From: Firmicutes bacterium UBA3570
GTDB lineage: Bacteria > Bacillota > Sulfobacillia > UBA3561
Assembly (NCBI GenBank): GCA_002376005.1
Contig: DFNJ01000027.1
Span: forward strand, 8,587 to 72,586
Direction of reading: 5' to 3'
Length of the DNA stretch: 64,000 nucleotides
Shown here piece by piece: positions 48,159-58,422 of the stretch. Within the stretch, counting starts at the first letter, position 1; every line of letters begins with the position of its first letter. The position numbers and the translations under genes were made by a program. A model generated the notes under the pieces. That model made no database searches. It saw only the letters and a program-made list of their open reading frames with translations, and was not told the DNA's origin.

Positions 48159-48593
48159 ATGTTGATGGGGGAGTACCGCCACAGCCTGGATGATAAGGGC
48201 CGGGTCTTCGTTCCCGCCAAACTTCGGCAGGGACTGGGGGATTCCTTCGTGGTTACCAAGGGCCTGGATCATTGCCTGTTCATGTTCCCCCTGGGCGAGT
48301 GGGAGGCGCTGAAGAGGCGGCTGGAGCAGCTCCCGCTGACCAGGTCCGATGCCAGGGCTTTCGTGCGTTTCATCTTCGCCGGTGCCTCCGAGTGCGAGCT
48401 GGACAGACAGGGCCGCATCCTTCTGCCAGCGCCCTTGCGGGAATATGCCGGCATCCAGCGCGAGGTGGTGTTCATCGGAGTGGGCAGCCGGGCGGAAATA
48501 TGGAGCGCCGATCGGTGGCAGGCCTACCAGGGTGAGACCGAGTCCAGCTACGAGGAAAAGGCCGAGAAACTGGCCGACATGGGCATCCTGTGA
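48159..48593 (+). CDS. mraZ: Transcriptional regulator MraZ
   Basis: GEY.HSLDDKGR, ELDRQGRI, EIWS. Confidence 0.96.
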   Translation: MLMGEYRHSLDDKGRVFVPAKLRQGLGDSFVVTKGLDHCLFMFPLGEWEALKRRLEQLPLTRSDARAFVRFIFAGASECELDRQGRILLPAPLREYAGIQREVVFIGVGSRAEIWSADRWQAYQGETESSYEEKAEKLADMGIL

Positions 48594-48606
48594 AGAGGCG
48601 ACGCCG

Positions 48607-49512
48607 ATGGAACACGTGCCGGTGATGTGCGAGGAAGTCCTCACCTACCTGGATGTGAAGCCGGACGGGACCTACGTGGATTGTACGGTGGGCGATGGCG
48701 GTCACGCCCTGGCCATCGGTCAACTCCTGGGGTCGTCGGGGAGGATTCTGGGGATCGACCTGGATCCCCGGGCACTGGAGACAGCCTCGCGACGGTTGGC
48801 CGGGCTTCGTTGCAGGGTGGATCTGGTGGAGGGCAATTTCGCCCAGCTGGGCTGCATAATGCAGAAACTGGGAATCGCCGCCGCCTCCGGATTCCTGTTC
48901 GACCTGGGAGCCTCCGCCCGCCAATTATATGACCCCGCCCGCGGGTTCAGCTACCAGCACGATGGGCCCCTGGACATGAGGATGGGCCCTGGAGTCCGGA
49001 GGACGGCGGCGGACCTGGTGAATGAGGCCAGCGAAGATGAACTGGCCCGCATTCTCAGGGAATACGGCGAGGAACGCCATGCACGGCGCATCGCGCGGTT
49101 CATAGTGGCCGCGCGCCAGAGACGGCCTATCACCAGCACTGCGCAGCTGGTGGAGGTGATTAAGTCAGCCATTCCCGCCCGCTGGCGGCGCCGGGGACCG
49201 CACCCGGCCCGTCGGACCTTCCAGGCGCTGCGGATTGCGGTGAACCGGGAGCTGGACAATCTGACAAGGGGCCTGAAGAAGGCGCTGGAGAGATCGGAGG
49301 AGGGCGGGCGGATCGTGGTGATCGCGTTCCATTCCCTCGAGGACAGGGTGGTCAAGTCCCTGTTTCGCGAGGCAGCGGGGGAAAACCGGGTTGAGATTCT
49401 CACCTCCCGGGTGATCAGACCCACGAACGGCGAGGTGGAGCGGAACCCCCGTGCCCGGAGTGCCAGGTTGCGTGCCGTGCGGGTTCTGCGACGTACAGGG
49501 GGGGAATACTGA
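48607..49512 (+). CDS. rsmH: 16S rRNA m4C1402 methyltransferase
   Basis: HVPV, DCTVG.GGH, RGFSY..DGPLDMRM, FQALRIAVN.EL, FHSLEDR, NPRARSA. Confidence 0.97.
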   Translation: MEHVPVMCEEVLTYLDVKPDGTYVDCTVGDGGHALAIGQLLGSSGRILGIDLDPRALETASRRLAGLRCRVDLVEGNFAQLGCIMQKLGIAAASGFLFDLGASARQLYDPARGFSYQHDGPLDMRMGPGVRRTAADLVNEASEDELARILREYGEERHARRIARFIVAARQRRPITSTAQLVEVIKSAIPARWRRRGPHPARRTFQALRIAVNRELDNLTRGLKKALERSEEGGRIVVIAFHSLEDRVVKSLFREAAGENRVEILTSRVIRPTNGEVERNPRARSARLRAVRVLRRTGGEY

Positions 49513-49970
49513 TGAACCGGAAATGCAGCGCCCGTCGAACCAGCCGTCCGGCGCGGCGGCGAACACCGCGATCCGACCTGGTTGTGGCCCTTAGAATGGT
49601 GGCCCTCTGGAGCCTGGCGGTGTGCGTGGCGTTTGCGGTGGTTAGCAGGCACACGAGGGCTGCAGCACTGGGCTACGAGATCAGGGAGCTGAAACGCGAG
49701 CTGAAGCTGCTGCAAAGCGAGAATCAACGCCTGCGGTGCGAGGTTGCCCGGCTGGCCTCCCCCCAGAGGATAAGTGCGATTGCCATGGGGAAATTGGGCA
49801 TGAAACCTCCGGGAACGATCAGGGTGGCGGAACGGGTGCCGCTGCTCGCCGACGCCGCGGAGCCGGCCGCGGGGACGCTGGTGGGACGTCCTTCATCCCT
49901 CCGGGCAGCAATCCGCTGGATAGTGGCCGCACTGTTCGAGCTGCGGCAGGCGCAGGCACGACGGCGCTGA
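49512..49970 (+). CDS. ftsL: Cell division protein FtsL
   Basis: Position; TM helix, leucine zipper and L.SP.RI..IA...LGM. Confidence 0.8.
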   Translation: MNRKCSARRTSRPARRRTPRSDLVVALRMVALWSLAVCVAFAVVSRHTRAAALGYEIRELKRELKLLQSENQRLRCEVARLASPQRISAIAMGKLGMKPPGTIRVAERVPLLADAAEPAAGTLVGRPSSLRAAIRWIVAALFELRQAQARRR

Positions 49971-50048
49971 AGAGCTCGTGCCCCATCTGACCCATGGGTA
50001 CTGCCGGGCCCCGGGGTGCACGAGGCGGTGCCGGGGGAGGTTTGCTCA

Positions 50049-52151
50049 ATGTTCGTCGCACCCGCGCTCCAGGTGAGGAGGAGGGTGCTCGTGATTCTTA
50101 TTTGCGTCTGCGCGTTCATGGCCGCCCTGGCCGGGAGACTGGCGTGGCTGCAGCTGGTGATGGGCGATGAGCTGGCAGCCAAGGCCATGGAAGTTCGCAT
50201 GCGAGAGATACCGGTGGAAGCCCGTCGGGGAAACATTTACGACCGCAACGGCAGTGAACTGGCGGTGAGCGTGGACGTCTACTCGGTGTTCGCCATCCCT
50301 GCGCAGGTGGAGGATCCCGCGGAGTGCGCGCAAGAACTGGCAGCAGTGCTGGGCATGGAGCCGGGGGAGGTGTTCCAGCGTCTCACCCGTTCGCTGGCCT
50401 TCGTGTGGGTTAAGCGAAAGATCGATGATCAGCAGGCGCGGCGTATCCGGGAGCTCAACCTGGCAGGCATAGGCCTCACCCAGGAAAGCAAACGGTACTA
50501 CCCCAAAGGTACCTTGGCGGCGCACATCATAGGGATCAGCGGCATAGACAACCAAGGTTTGGAAGGGATTGAGCTATACTATGATCGGCAGCTGAGAGGC
50601 GTGCCCGGCAGGATAGTGGTGGAGTTCGATGCGCGGGGTCGCGAGATGCCCCATGCCACCCACCATTATGTACCTCCCGAAGAAGGGCACCATTTGCTGT
50701 TGACGGTGGACGAGGTAATCCAGTACCTGGCAGAGCGGGAGCTAGAAGCTTGCGTCAAGCAACATGGCGCTAAGGGCGGGGTGATCGTGGCCATGGATCC
50801 CCAGACTGGAGAAGTACTGGCCATGGCTTGCTACCCCACCTACGATCCCAATGACTACCAGAGCTACGACGTGGCGTGGCGGCGGAATCGGGCGGTGTGT
50901 GACACCTATGCCCCCGGTTCCACCTTCAAACCCATAACCGCGGCGGCAGCGCTGGAGGAGGGGCTGTACACCCTGAACAGCTGGTTTTACTGCGGGGGCA
51001 GCATCCGGGTGCCGGGGGCCACCGTGTCCTGCTGGCGGTCGGGGGGGCACGGCAGCCTCAGCTTCCTGGAGATCATCGAGCAGTCGTGCAACGTGGGCTT
51101 CGTGCAGGTGGGCCTGAAATTGGGAGCGGAACGGTTCTGTCGATATGTGAGTGCTTTTGAGCTGGATGACAAGACGGGCATCGATTTCCCGGGAGAGGCC
51201 CGGGGAATCATGCTGGCCCCTCAGGAGGTTAAGCCGGTGGATCTGGCGGTCATGGCCTTCGGACAGACCCTGACGGTGACGCCGATCGGTTTGGCACGTG
51301 CTTTCTGCGCCATCGCCAATGGAGGGAAACTGTTACGCCCCTATCTGGTGAAGGAGATCCGCAACTCCCGGGGTGATCTGGTGTGGTCACAGGGCCCCCA
51401 GGTGGTGAGGCAGGTCATCTCCCCCCAGACCGCCCGTGACCTGCAGCGTGCCCTGGAGCAGGTGGTAATATCAGGCACTGGCCGCAAGGCCCAGGTACCT
51501 GGATACCGGGTGGCAGGGAAAACCGGTACCGCGCAGAAGGTGGAGGGGGGGAGGATCGCCCCGGGGAAGTACATGGCTTGGTTCGTGGGATATGTGCCCG
51601 CCGATGACCCGCGCCTGCTACTGCTGGTGGCCATCGACGAGCCCGCCGGTAGCTTTTACGGAGGGCAGGTGGCGGCGCCTGTTTTCGCCCGCATCGCTCA
51701 GGAAGCTCTGAGCTACCTGGAAATTCCGCCCCGGACCGACGTGGAAACTCCAGCACCCGCCCCGCCATCCGAGGTGGAGGTACCCAGCCTGCTCAATCTG
51801 TCCCTGGACGACGCGGCGCGAATTTGCAGGGAACGGGGGTTGGAATTGAAGATCTCCGGGCCGGGGGATGTGGTACTGGGGCAGGTCCCGCCTCCTGGGG
51901 TGGTGGTGCGGCCCGGGACGCAGGTACTGGTGGAGACGGAGCCCCCTGCCGCCGCCGGGGGCACCGTCACCTTGCCGGACTTGCGGGGAAAGACCATCAG
52001 GGAAGTGGCGGAGACTCTGGGGGCCATGGGGCTGTTGTTGGACGCCCGCGGGTCGGGGATCGCCCGGGCCCAGGAGCCAGCCCCGGGCAGCCAGGTGCGG
52101 GAGGGGACGGTGGTCACCGTGTATTTTGAGCCCGTCAGGCCCGACGGGTGA
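50049..52151 (+). CDS. spoVD: Class B PBP SpoVD/FtsI with PASTA domains
   Basis: RG.IYDRNG, R.YP, GSTFK, CWR.GGHG...SCN, KTGTAQ, two PASTA repeats. Confidence 0.9.
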   Translation: MFVAPALQVRRRVLVILICVCAFMAALAGRLAWLQLVMGDELAAKAMEVRMREIPVEARRGNIYDRNGSELAVSVDVYSVFAIPAQVEDPAECAQELAAVLGMEPGEVFQRLTRSLAFVWVKRKIDDQQARRIRELNLAGIGLTQESKRYYPKGTLAAHIIGISGIDNQGLEGIELYYDRQLRGVPGRIVVEFDARGREMPHATHHYVPPEEGHHLLLTVDEVIQYLAERELEACVKQHGAKGGVIVAMDPQTGEVLAMACYPTYDPNDYQSYDVAWRRNRAVCDTYAPGSTFKPITAAAALEEGLYTLNSWFYCGGSIRVPGATVSCWRSGGHGSLSFLEIIEQSCNVGFVQVGLKLGAERFCRYVSAFELDDKTGIDFPGEARGIMLAPQEVKPVDLAVMAFGQTLTVTPIGLARAFCAIANGGKLLRPYLVKEIRNSRGDLVWSQGPQVVRQVISPQTARDLQRALEQVVISGTGRKAQVPGYRVAGKTGTAQKVEGGRIAPGKYMAWFVGYVPADDPRLLLLVAIDEPAGSFYGGQVAAPVFARIAQEALSYLEIPPRTDVETPAPAPPSEVEVPSLLNLSLDDAARICRERGLELKISGPGDVVLGQVPPPGVVVRPGTQVLVETEPPAAAGGTVTLPDLRGKTIREVAETLGAMGLLLDARGSGIARAQEPAPGSQVREGTVVTVYFEPVRPDG

Positions 52152-52170
52152 AATGGGAGGGTAAAGTGGC

Positions 52171-53694
52171 ATGTCCTCGCGGTCTCCGAAAAGACTCAGC
52201 CAGCTGTTGTCTGGGTGCGAGGTTGAATTCAAGACGGGTCCTGACCCCATGGTATGTGGAGTGGAGCACGACTCGCGCCGCATCTGCCCTGGGGACGTGT
52301 TCGTGTGCCTCCGCGGCCAGCGTCACGATGGTCACCGCTTCGTTCCCCAGGCGGTGGACAAGGGAGCGGTGGCGGTGGTATCAGAACGCCGGCTGGATCT
52401 CCCTTCGGACGTGGCCCTGGTGGTGGTGCCGGATTCACGGCGAGCCCTGGCCTGGCTGGCGGCGGCGGTGCACGATCACCCCAGCAAGGGGATGCGGCTC
52501 ATTGGGGTGACCGGCACCAACGGCAAGAGCACCACCGTTCACCTGGTGCGGACCATTCTCGAGCGCACCGGCAGACCTTGCGGCCTGGTGGGCACCGTCC
52601 ACCGCGTGGTGGGGGGCACGGTGCTACCGGCGGATCTCACCACTCCGGAGGCCCCGGAGCTGCAACGACTGCTGGCGGGCATGCTGGAGGCGGGCTGTAG
52701 CCACGCGGTGATGGAGGTATCTTCCCAGGCCCTGGCGGTGGGTAGGGTGGCTACCTGCGAATTCGACGTGGCAGTGTTCACCAACCTGACTTACGAGCAC
52801 ATGGAACTCCACGGGACTTTCGATGAGTACCGAAAGGCGAAAGGGCTGCTCTTCCAACATTTGGGCACCACCTACTGGGGGTCATCGAAAGATGGCCCCA
52901 AGGCGGCGGTGCTGAATGCCGATGATCCCTCCTTCCCCCATTTCCGGTCCTGGTGCGCGGTCCCGGTGGTCGCCTACGGGCTGGGGGATGGCTGCCAGGT
53001 GCGGGGTACCGAGGTGAAAACCGATGACCGGGGGCGGGTTACCTTTCGGGTCAACGCCCATGGCCACTCGGCATTGGTCAGGCTCCGGCTGGCCGGTACC
53101 TTCAACGTTTATAACGCGCTGGCTGCCCTGGCCGTGGCGCTGGTGGAGGGCCTGCAGCTGGAGGAGGCGGTGGAAGCGCTGGAGTATGCCGACCCGGTGC
53201 CCGGGCGCTTCGAGTACGTGGATGCGGGGCAGCCGTTCGCGGTGATTGTGGACTACGCTCACAGCCCCAACGGCCTGGAGAACGTCCTGCAGGCGGCAAG
53301 GGGGCTGGCGCGAGGGAGGGTGCTGGTGGTCTTCGGCTGCGGTGGAGACCGCGACCCGAGCAAGAGACCCATCATGGGCGAGATCGCCGGGGCCCTGGCC
53401 GATCTGGTGGTGGTGACCAGCGACAATCCCCGCCACGAGGATCCGCATCAGATAATGGCCGACATCGAAGAAGGTCTCAAGCGGACACCTCCGCGGGAAG
53501 GATACCGTCTGGTGGAAGACCGGCGGGAGGCTATCCGCACCGCCATTCGGTTGGCCCGGGAGGGCGACGTGGTACTGATAGCCGGCAAAGGTCATGAAAC
53601 CACCCAGATTTACGGCGACCGCGCCCTTCCCTTCGATGACCGGCGGGTGGCCCGGGAGGTGCTGGCGGAAGTGGTGAGGGGAAAACGAGAATGA
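52171..53694 (+). CDS. murE: UDP-MurNAc-tripeptide synthetase (meso-DAP type)
   Basis: GVTGTNGKST, TTP, DYAH, GCGGDRD, DNPR, AGKGHE. Confidence 0.96.
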   Translation: MSSRSPKRLSQLLSGCEVEFKTGPDPMVCGVEHDSRRICPGDVFVCLRGQRHDGHRFVPQAVDKGAVAVVSERRLDLPSDVALVVVPDSRRALAWLAAAVHDHPSKGMRLIGVTGTNGKSTTVHLVRTILERTGRPCGLVGTVHRVVGGTVLPADLTTPEAPELQRLLAGMLEAGCSHAVMEVSSQALAVGRVATCEFDVAVFTNLTYEHMELHGTFDEYRKAKGLLFQHLGTTYWGSSKDGPKAAVLNADDPSFPHFRSWCAVPVVAYGLGDGCQVRGTEVKTDDRGRVTFRVNAHGHSALVRLRLAGTFNVYNALAALAVALVEGLQLEEAVEALEYADPVPGRFEYVDAGQPFAVIVDYAHSPNGLENVLQAARGLARGRVLVVFGCGGDRDPSKRPIMGEIAGALADLVVVTSDNPRHEDPHQIMADIEEGLKRTPPREGYRLVEDRREAIRTAIRLAREGDVVLIAGKGHETTQIYGDRALPFDDRRVAREVLAEVVRGKRE

Positions 53695-55076
53695 GGCAGC
53701 TGTTCACCCTGGGACAGGCGGCGGACATCACGGCTGGCCGCCTGGTGGCGGGATCCGCCAATCTCTCGGTGGGGTCGGTGGCGGTAGACGGGCGGGCGGT
53801 TTTGCCCGGAGGGCTGTTCGTGGCGCTCACTGGCCGCCGGGTGGACGGACACCAGTTCCTGGATCAGGCGGCGCGCAACGGGGCGCGGGCAGCGATGATA
53901 TCCCGACCGGTCCCTGCGGCTCCCGGCTCCCTGGGTCTGTTGATGGTGACTGACCCGGTGGCGGCGCTGGGGAGGCTGGCGAGGTGGTACCGGGCTCGCC
54001 TGCCGGTGGAGGTAGTAGCGGTGGGGGGCTCAGTGGGCAAGACCACTACCAAGGACTTCATCGGGCAAGTCTTGGCGACCCGCTGGCGCGTGTACCGGAC
54101 GCCCGGGAACTGGAACACGGAGATCGGGGTGCCCCTCTGCGTATTCGAGTTGGACCGGAGCCACCGGCTGGCGGTGCTAGAGCTGGCCATGCGCCGGCGG
54201 GGTGAGATCAGCTACCTGGCCAGGATGGTGCGCCCACGGGTGGGAGTGGTCACCGACGTCAGCGAGGAGCACATCGAACTGTTGGGCAGCATGGAGGAGG
54301 TGGCGCGGGCGGAGGCGGAGCTCATCGAGAACTTACCCGCCGACGGGCTGGCGGTCCTGAACGGGGACAACCCATATGTGAGGGGGATGGCGGCCGAATG
54401 TCCCTGTCCGGTGGTGTTCTATGGCACCGCAGCCGACTGTCAGGTCAGGCTGGAGGCTTACCGTCCCCGGCAACTGCAGGGAGGATGGGCCTTGGTGCGG
54501 GTGGATGGGGAAACTCTGGAACTGACTCTGCCCGTGCCGGGGCGGCATCTGGCCTTCAACGCGCTGGCGGCGGTGGCGGTGGGACGCCACTACGGCCTGT
54601 CAGGGGCCGAGATCGCGGATGCCTTGTCCCGGGCGCAGCTGACCCGCATGCGCATGGAGGTCAAGAGATTCGGGGACCTGGTGGTCATCGACGACGCCTA
54701 TAACGCCAGTCCCGCGTCCATGATGGCGGCGTTGGAAGTACTCGACCAGGCGCGGGGTCCCCGGCGGATAGCGGTGCTGGGGAACATGCTGGAGCTGGGG
54801 GATCACAGTCGCCAGGCCCATCTCCGGGTGGGAGCTGCAGTAGCCGCCCGCGACGTGCAGCTGCTGGTGTGCGTGGGTGAGCTGGCGCGCCTGATAGGGG
54901 AGGAAGCCCGGAGGCGGGGAATGCCGCAGGATTCGGTAGTGCTCCTCGGGGACTCTCAGGAAGCGGCGCGGAAAGTACCCCAGCTGGTTCAACCCGGGGA
55001 TGTGGTTTTGGTGAAAGGGTCCCGCGGCATGCGTATGGAGCTGGTGGTGGACGCCCTGCGGGAGGCCCGGCCCTGA
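53691..55076 (+). CDS. murF: UDP-MurNAc-tripeptide--D-Ala-D-Ala ligase
   Basis: GSVGKTTTK, N.EIG.P, DAYNASP.S, MLELG, KGSRG. Confidence 0.96.
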   Translation: MRQLFTLGQAADITAGRLVAGSANLSVGSVAVDGRAVLPGGLFVALTGRRVDGHQFLDQAARNGARAAMISRPVPAAPGSLGLLMVTDPVAALGRLARWYRARLPVEVVAVGGSVGKTTTKDFIGQVLATRWRVYRTPGNWNTEIGVPLCVFELDRSHRLAVLELAMRRRGEISYLARMVRPRVGVVTDVSEEHIELLGSMEEVARAEAELIENLPADGLAVLNGDNPYVRGMAAECPCPVVFYGTAADCQVRLEAYRPRQLQGGWALVRVDGETLELTLPVPGRHLAFNALAAVAVGRHYGLSGAEIADALSRAQLTRMRMEVKRFGDLVVIDDAYNASPASMMAALEVLDQARGPRRIAVLGNMLELGDHSRQAHLRVGAAVAARDVQLLVCVGELARLIGEEARRRGMPQDSVVLLGDSQEAARKVPQLVQPGDVVLVKGSRGMRMELVVDALREARP

Positions 55077-56041
55077 TGGAGCGGATGTGGCTGGCCCTGG
55101 CGCTGTCCTGGGCATTGGCGGTGCTCATGGGCCCCCCGGTAATCGGAGCCTTGAGGCGTCTGCGCGTGGGCCAGGCGGTACGCAAGGAGGGTCCTGCCCG
55201 TCACCTATCCAAGACGGGCACCCCCACCATGGGTGGGGTGCTTTTCCTGGTGCCCATGCTGTTGACCGGGTTGCTCCTGGGAGGCAGGTCGGTGCCACTG
55301 TGGACGGTGGCCGGCACCACGGTGGCTTACGCCCTTTTGGGTGCTGCGGACGACTTCCTCAAGGTGGTGCGCCGGCACCCGCAGGGCCTGCGGGCGCGGT
55401 ACAAGCTCCTCGGGCAGGTGCTGGTAGCGGTGGCCCTGGGTTACGTGGTGATGGTAATCCTGGGGGAGCCACCCTGGGTAAGGGTGCCGTTGGTGGACAG
55501 ATGGCTGTATTTGGGGGCTTGGTACCTGCCATTTCTGACCGTCGTGCTGGTGGGGACTGCCAATGCCGTTAACCTGACCGATGGACTGGATGGCCTGGCA
55601 GCGGGGACGGCAGCGATAGCCTTCCTGTTTTACACCTTTGTCAACTGGCAGGCCGGACGGGTGGATCTGGCGCTGTGGTGTGCGGCGGGGGTGGGAGGGC
55701 TCCTGGGATTCCTGCGCTACAACTGGCACCCGGCCCGGGTCATGATGGGTGATACCGGGTCCATGGGCCTGGGAGCAGCCTTGGGCGCGGTGGCGATACT
55801 GTCCCGCACCGAACTGCTGTGGTTCATAGCGGGAGGGGTGTTCGTCGTCGAGGCCCTGTCCGTCATGCTGCAGGTCGCCGCATTCCAGACTGTGGGGCGG
55901 CGGATCTTCCGAATGAGTCCCCTGCATCATCATTTCGAGTTGGCTGGCCATGGTGAACGGTCAGTGGTGTTGGGCTTCTGGGTGGCGGGGGCATTGCTGG
56001 CGGTGGTAGCGTGGCTGGCGTGGAGGGGTGTAGGCTGGTGA
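55076..56041 (+). CDS. mraY: Phospho-N-acetylmuramoyl-pentapeptide transferase
   Basis: K.GTPTMGG, DD..K, NAVNLTDGLDGLA, MGDTGS, PLHHHFE. Confidence 0.97.
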   Translation: MERMWLALALSWALAVLMGPPVIGALRRLRVGQAVRKEGPARHLSKTGTPTMGGVLFLVPMLLTGLLLGGRSVPLWTVAGTTVAYALLGAADDFLKVVRRHPQGLRARYKLLGQVLVAVALGYVVMVILGEPPWVRVPLVDRWLYLGAWYLPFLTVVLVGTANAVNLTDGLDGLAAGTAAIAFLFYTFVNWQAGRVDLALWCAAGVGGLLGFLRYNWHPARVMMGDTGSMGLGAALGAVAILSRTELLWFIAGGVFVVEALSVMLQVAAFQTVGRRIFRMSPLHHHFELAGHGERSVVLGFWVAGALLAVVAWLAWRGVGW

Positions 56042-57183
56042 GGCACCGGCGGGCACGACGGCGATCGGGGCTGGAGGTACGCTGGCGGGTCCAGGGGCCC
56101 ATGGATCTCGTACTGTTTGGGATTGTGCTGGCCCTGCTGGGGATCGGGGTGGTGATGATCTACTCCGCCAGCGCGGTTAAAGCCATGATGATTTACGGGG
56201 ACAGCACCTACTTTCTCAAGCGCCAGCTGCTGTGGTCGGCCATAGGTCTGGGCGGGCTGCTGGTGGCTTCGCGAGTGGACTACCGCGTTTGGGCACGTTA
56301 CCACCTGGTGGTGCTGGCGATGGGCATCTTGCTGCTGCTACTGGTACTGGTGCCGGGGGTGGGTCGGCAGGCTTACGGGGCCAGGCGCTGGCTGGGGGTC
56401 GGGCCCCTGGGGTTTCAGCCTTCGGAGGCCATGAAACCGGCCTTCGTGGTATTCCTCGCCAGCCATCTGGCCGCGCGCCGGGAGGTAATGGGCAGATTCT
56501 GGGCGGGGATGGGACCTGCGCTCCTGGTGACAGGCGCATGCGCCGGCCTGATCCTCCTGCAACCCGACCTGGGCACGGCGGTTTCCCTGTGCATCACCTG
56601 CGCGGTGCTGCTTTTCGTCGCCGGGGCCAGGGTTTCGCACCTGATGATGGTGGCAGCCGGATCAGCCCCGCTCCTGTACTGGGCGGTAGTCTCCGAACAG
56701 TACCGGTTACGTCGGGTCCTGGCGTTCCTCGATCCCTGGGCCGACCCCCAGGGGGCGGGTTTTCACATCATCCAGTCCCTTTACGCCATTGGTTCCGGGG
56801 GGCTGTTCGGGGTTGGTCTGGGCGCTAGCCGCCAGAAGTTCTTCTACCTCCCGGCCGAGCATACCGACTTCATCTTCGCCATATTGGGCGAAGAGCTGGG
56901 GTTTGTGGGCGGGCTGTTGGTGCTCGGCCTGTTCCTGGTGCTGGCCTGGCGGGGATACCGGGTGGCGATGGCAGCCCCTGACTTGCTGGGCTGCCTGTTG
57001 GCGGGAGGCATGACCAGCATGGTTGTCCTGCAAGCACTCATCAACATCGGGGTGGTGACCGGGTCGTTGCCGGTGACGGGCATCCCCCTCCCCCTGGTGA
57101 GCTTCGGCGGATCGTCCCTGGTGTTCAGCCTGGGCGGACTGGGGATCTTGCTCAGCGTGTCCCGGTACGGCTGGCAGGGATGA
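56038..57183 (+). CDS. ftsW: SEDS protein FtsW/SpoVE
   Basis: M.YSAS, GARRW, QPSE..K, QPDLG, HTDFIF, P.TGIPLP.VSFGGSS; start GTG 56038 or ATG 56101. Confidence 0.94.
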   Translation: MRHRRARRRSGLEVRWRVQGPMDLVLFGIVLALLGIGVVMIYSASAVKAMMIYGDSTYFLKRQLLWSAIGLGGLLVASRVDYRVWARYHLVVLAMGILLLLLVLVPGVGRQAYGARRWLGVGPLGFQPSEAMKPAFVVFLASHLAARREVMGRFWAGMGPALLVTGACAGLILLQPDLGTAVSLCITCAVLLFVAGARVSHLMMVAAGSAPLLYWAVVSEQYRLRRVLAFLDPWADPQGAGFHIIQSLYAIGSGGLFGVGLGASRQKFFYLPAEHTDFIFAILGEELGFVGGLLVLGLFLVLAWRGYRVAMAAPDLLGCLLAGGMTSMVVLQALINIGVVTGSLPVTGIPLPLVSFGGSSLVFSLGGLGILLSVSRYGWQG

Positions 57184-58328
57184 GGCAACGGGTCCCCAGG
57201 GTGCTGATCAGTGGCGGAGGGACGGGCGGGCATGTGTATCCCGCCCTGGCGGTGGCCACGGCCCTGCGAGATCGCTTGCGAGCTGAAGTGCTGTATGTGG
57301 GCACCCGGCGGGGCCTGGAGGCACGACTGGTACCCGCTGCGGGCATTCCCTTCCGCACGGTCTCGGCCAGGGGCCTGGTGGGCAAGAGTCCCGCCCAGGC
57401 CATGGCCGCGGTGCTGGCCGCCGCTCGGGGGGCATTGGAGTCCTGGCGGCTGGTGCGCCAGTTCCGCCCCGACCTCATGGTGGCCACCGGCGGGTATGTT
57501 TGCGGGCCCACGGCGCTGGTGGCCCGGCTTATGGGCGTACCCCTGGTGCTGCAGGAGCAAAATGTATTGCCTGGGTTCACGGTCCGTCTCCTCAGCCGCT
57601 GGGCGGAGCTGGTGTGCGTTCCCTCGGCGGAGACGGAGAAGTACCTTCCCGGGACCAGCCGGGTGGCGGTGACCGGTAACCCCATCCGCCCCGAGATCAC
57701 CGCCACCGCCGGTGAGGAGGCGCGCCGGCGGCTGGGGCTGGAAGCGGGAATGCCCTGGGTGCTGGTGTTCAGCGGTAGCCGAGGAGCCCGCACGGTGGTG
57801 GAGGCGACGGTGCAGGCGGTGCCTCACTGGATGGCGAAGCTGCGAGCGGGCCTTTTCCTGGTTACCGGTACCCGTTATTACCGGTGGGCGCAGCAACGGC
57901 TGCGCCAGCTGGGAATACCTCCCGAGGGGCGCGGCCATATTATGGTTAGGCCTTACCTGGAAGAGATGCATCTGGCGCTGGCGGCCGCCGACCTGGTGGT
58001 GGCGCGGGCCGGGGCTATGACGGTGGCAGAGATCACCGCGCGGGGGCTACCCGCCATATTGGTTCCCTCTCCCCACGTCGCCGCCAATCATCAGGAGTAC
58101 AATGCCCGCTGGATGGAACGCCACGGGGCGGCGGTGGTGATCCCTGATCATGAGTTCACCGGCGAGGCGCTGCTGGCCACCGCCCAGGAGCTGCTGTCCG
58201 ATCGCCAGCGACTGGCGGACATGGCCCGGGCCTCGCGAGGGCTGGGGCGACCTGAGGCGCTGGATCGGATGGTGCAGCTCATTGCGGGACTCCTGGGGGT
58301 GAGCGAGGGGCGGGACAAGCGGGGGTGA
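57180..58328 (+). CDS. murG: Undecaprenyl-PP-MurNAc-pentapeptide GlcNAc transferase
   Basis: GGGTGGH.YP, GGY, EQN, GNP.R, GSRGA, RAGA.T..E, HQ..NA. Confidence 0.97.
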   Translation: MRQRVPRVLISGGGTGGHVYPALAVATALRDRLRAEVLYVGTRRGLEARLVPAAGIPFRTVSARGLVGKSPAQAMAAVLAAARGALESWRLVRQFRPDLMVATGGYVCGPTALVARLMGVPLVLQEQNVLPGFTVRLLSRWAELVCVPSAETEKYLPGTSRVAVTGNPIRPEITATAGEEARRRLGLEAGMPWVLVFSGSRGARTVVEATVQAVPHWMAKLRAGLFLVTGTRYYRWAQQRLRQLGIPPEGRGHIMVRPYLEEMHLALAAADLVVARAGAMTVAEITARGLPAILVPSPHVAANHQEYNARWMERHGAAVVIPDHEFTGEALLATAQELLSDRQRLADMARASRGLGRPEALDRMVQLIAGLLGVSEGRDKRG

Positions 58329-58422
58329 GGTGACGGGTGCATAGGACCGGACATATGATGGCATGGGCTTGGACGTGACACGGAAAAGAGCCGCCGGCGA
58401 GGGACGGGAGGCGCAGAACATC

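Noticed and set aside
58333..58359. sigma-K/E-like promoter (AC-N17-CATATGAT) before murC
   Set aside because: The match has too little information content to support without TSS data.
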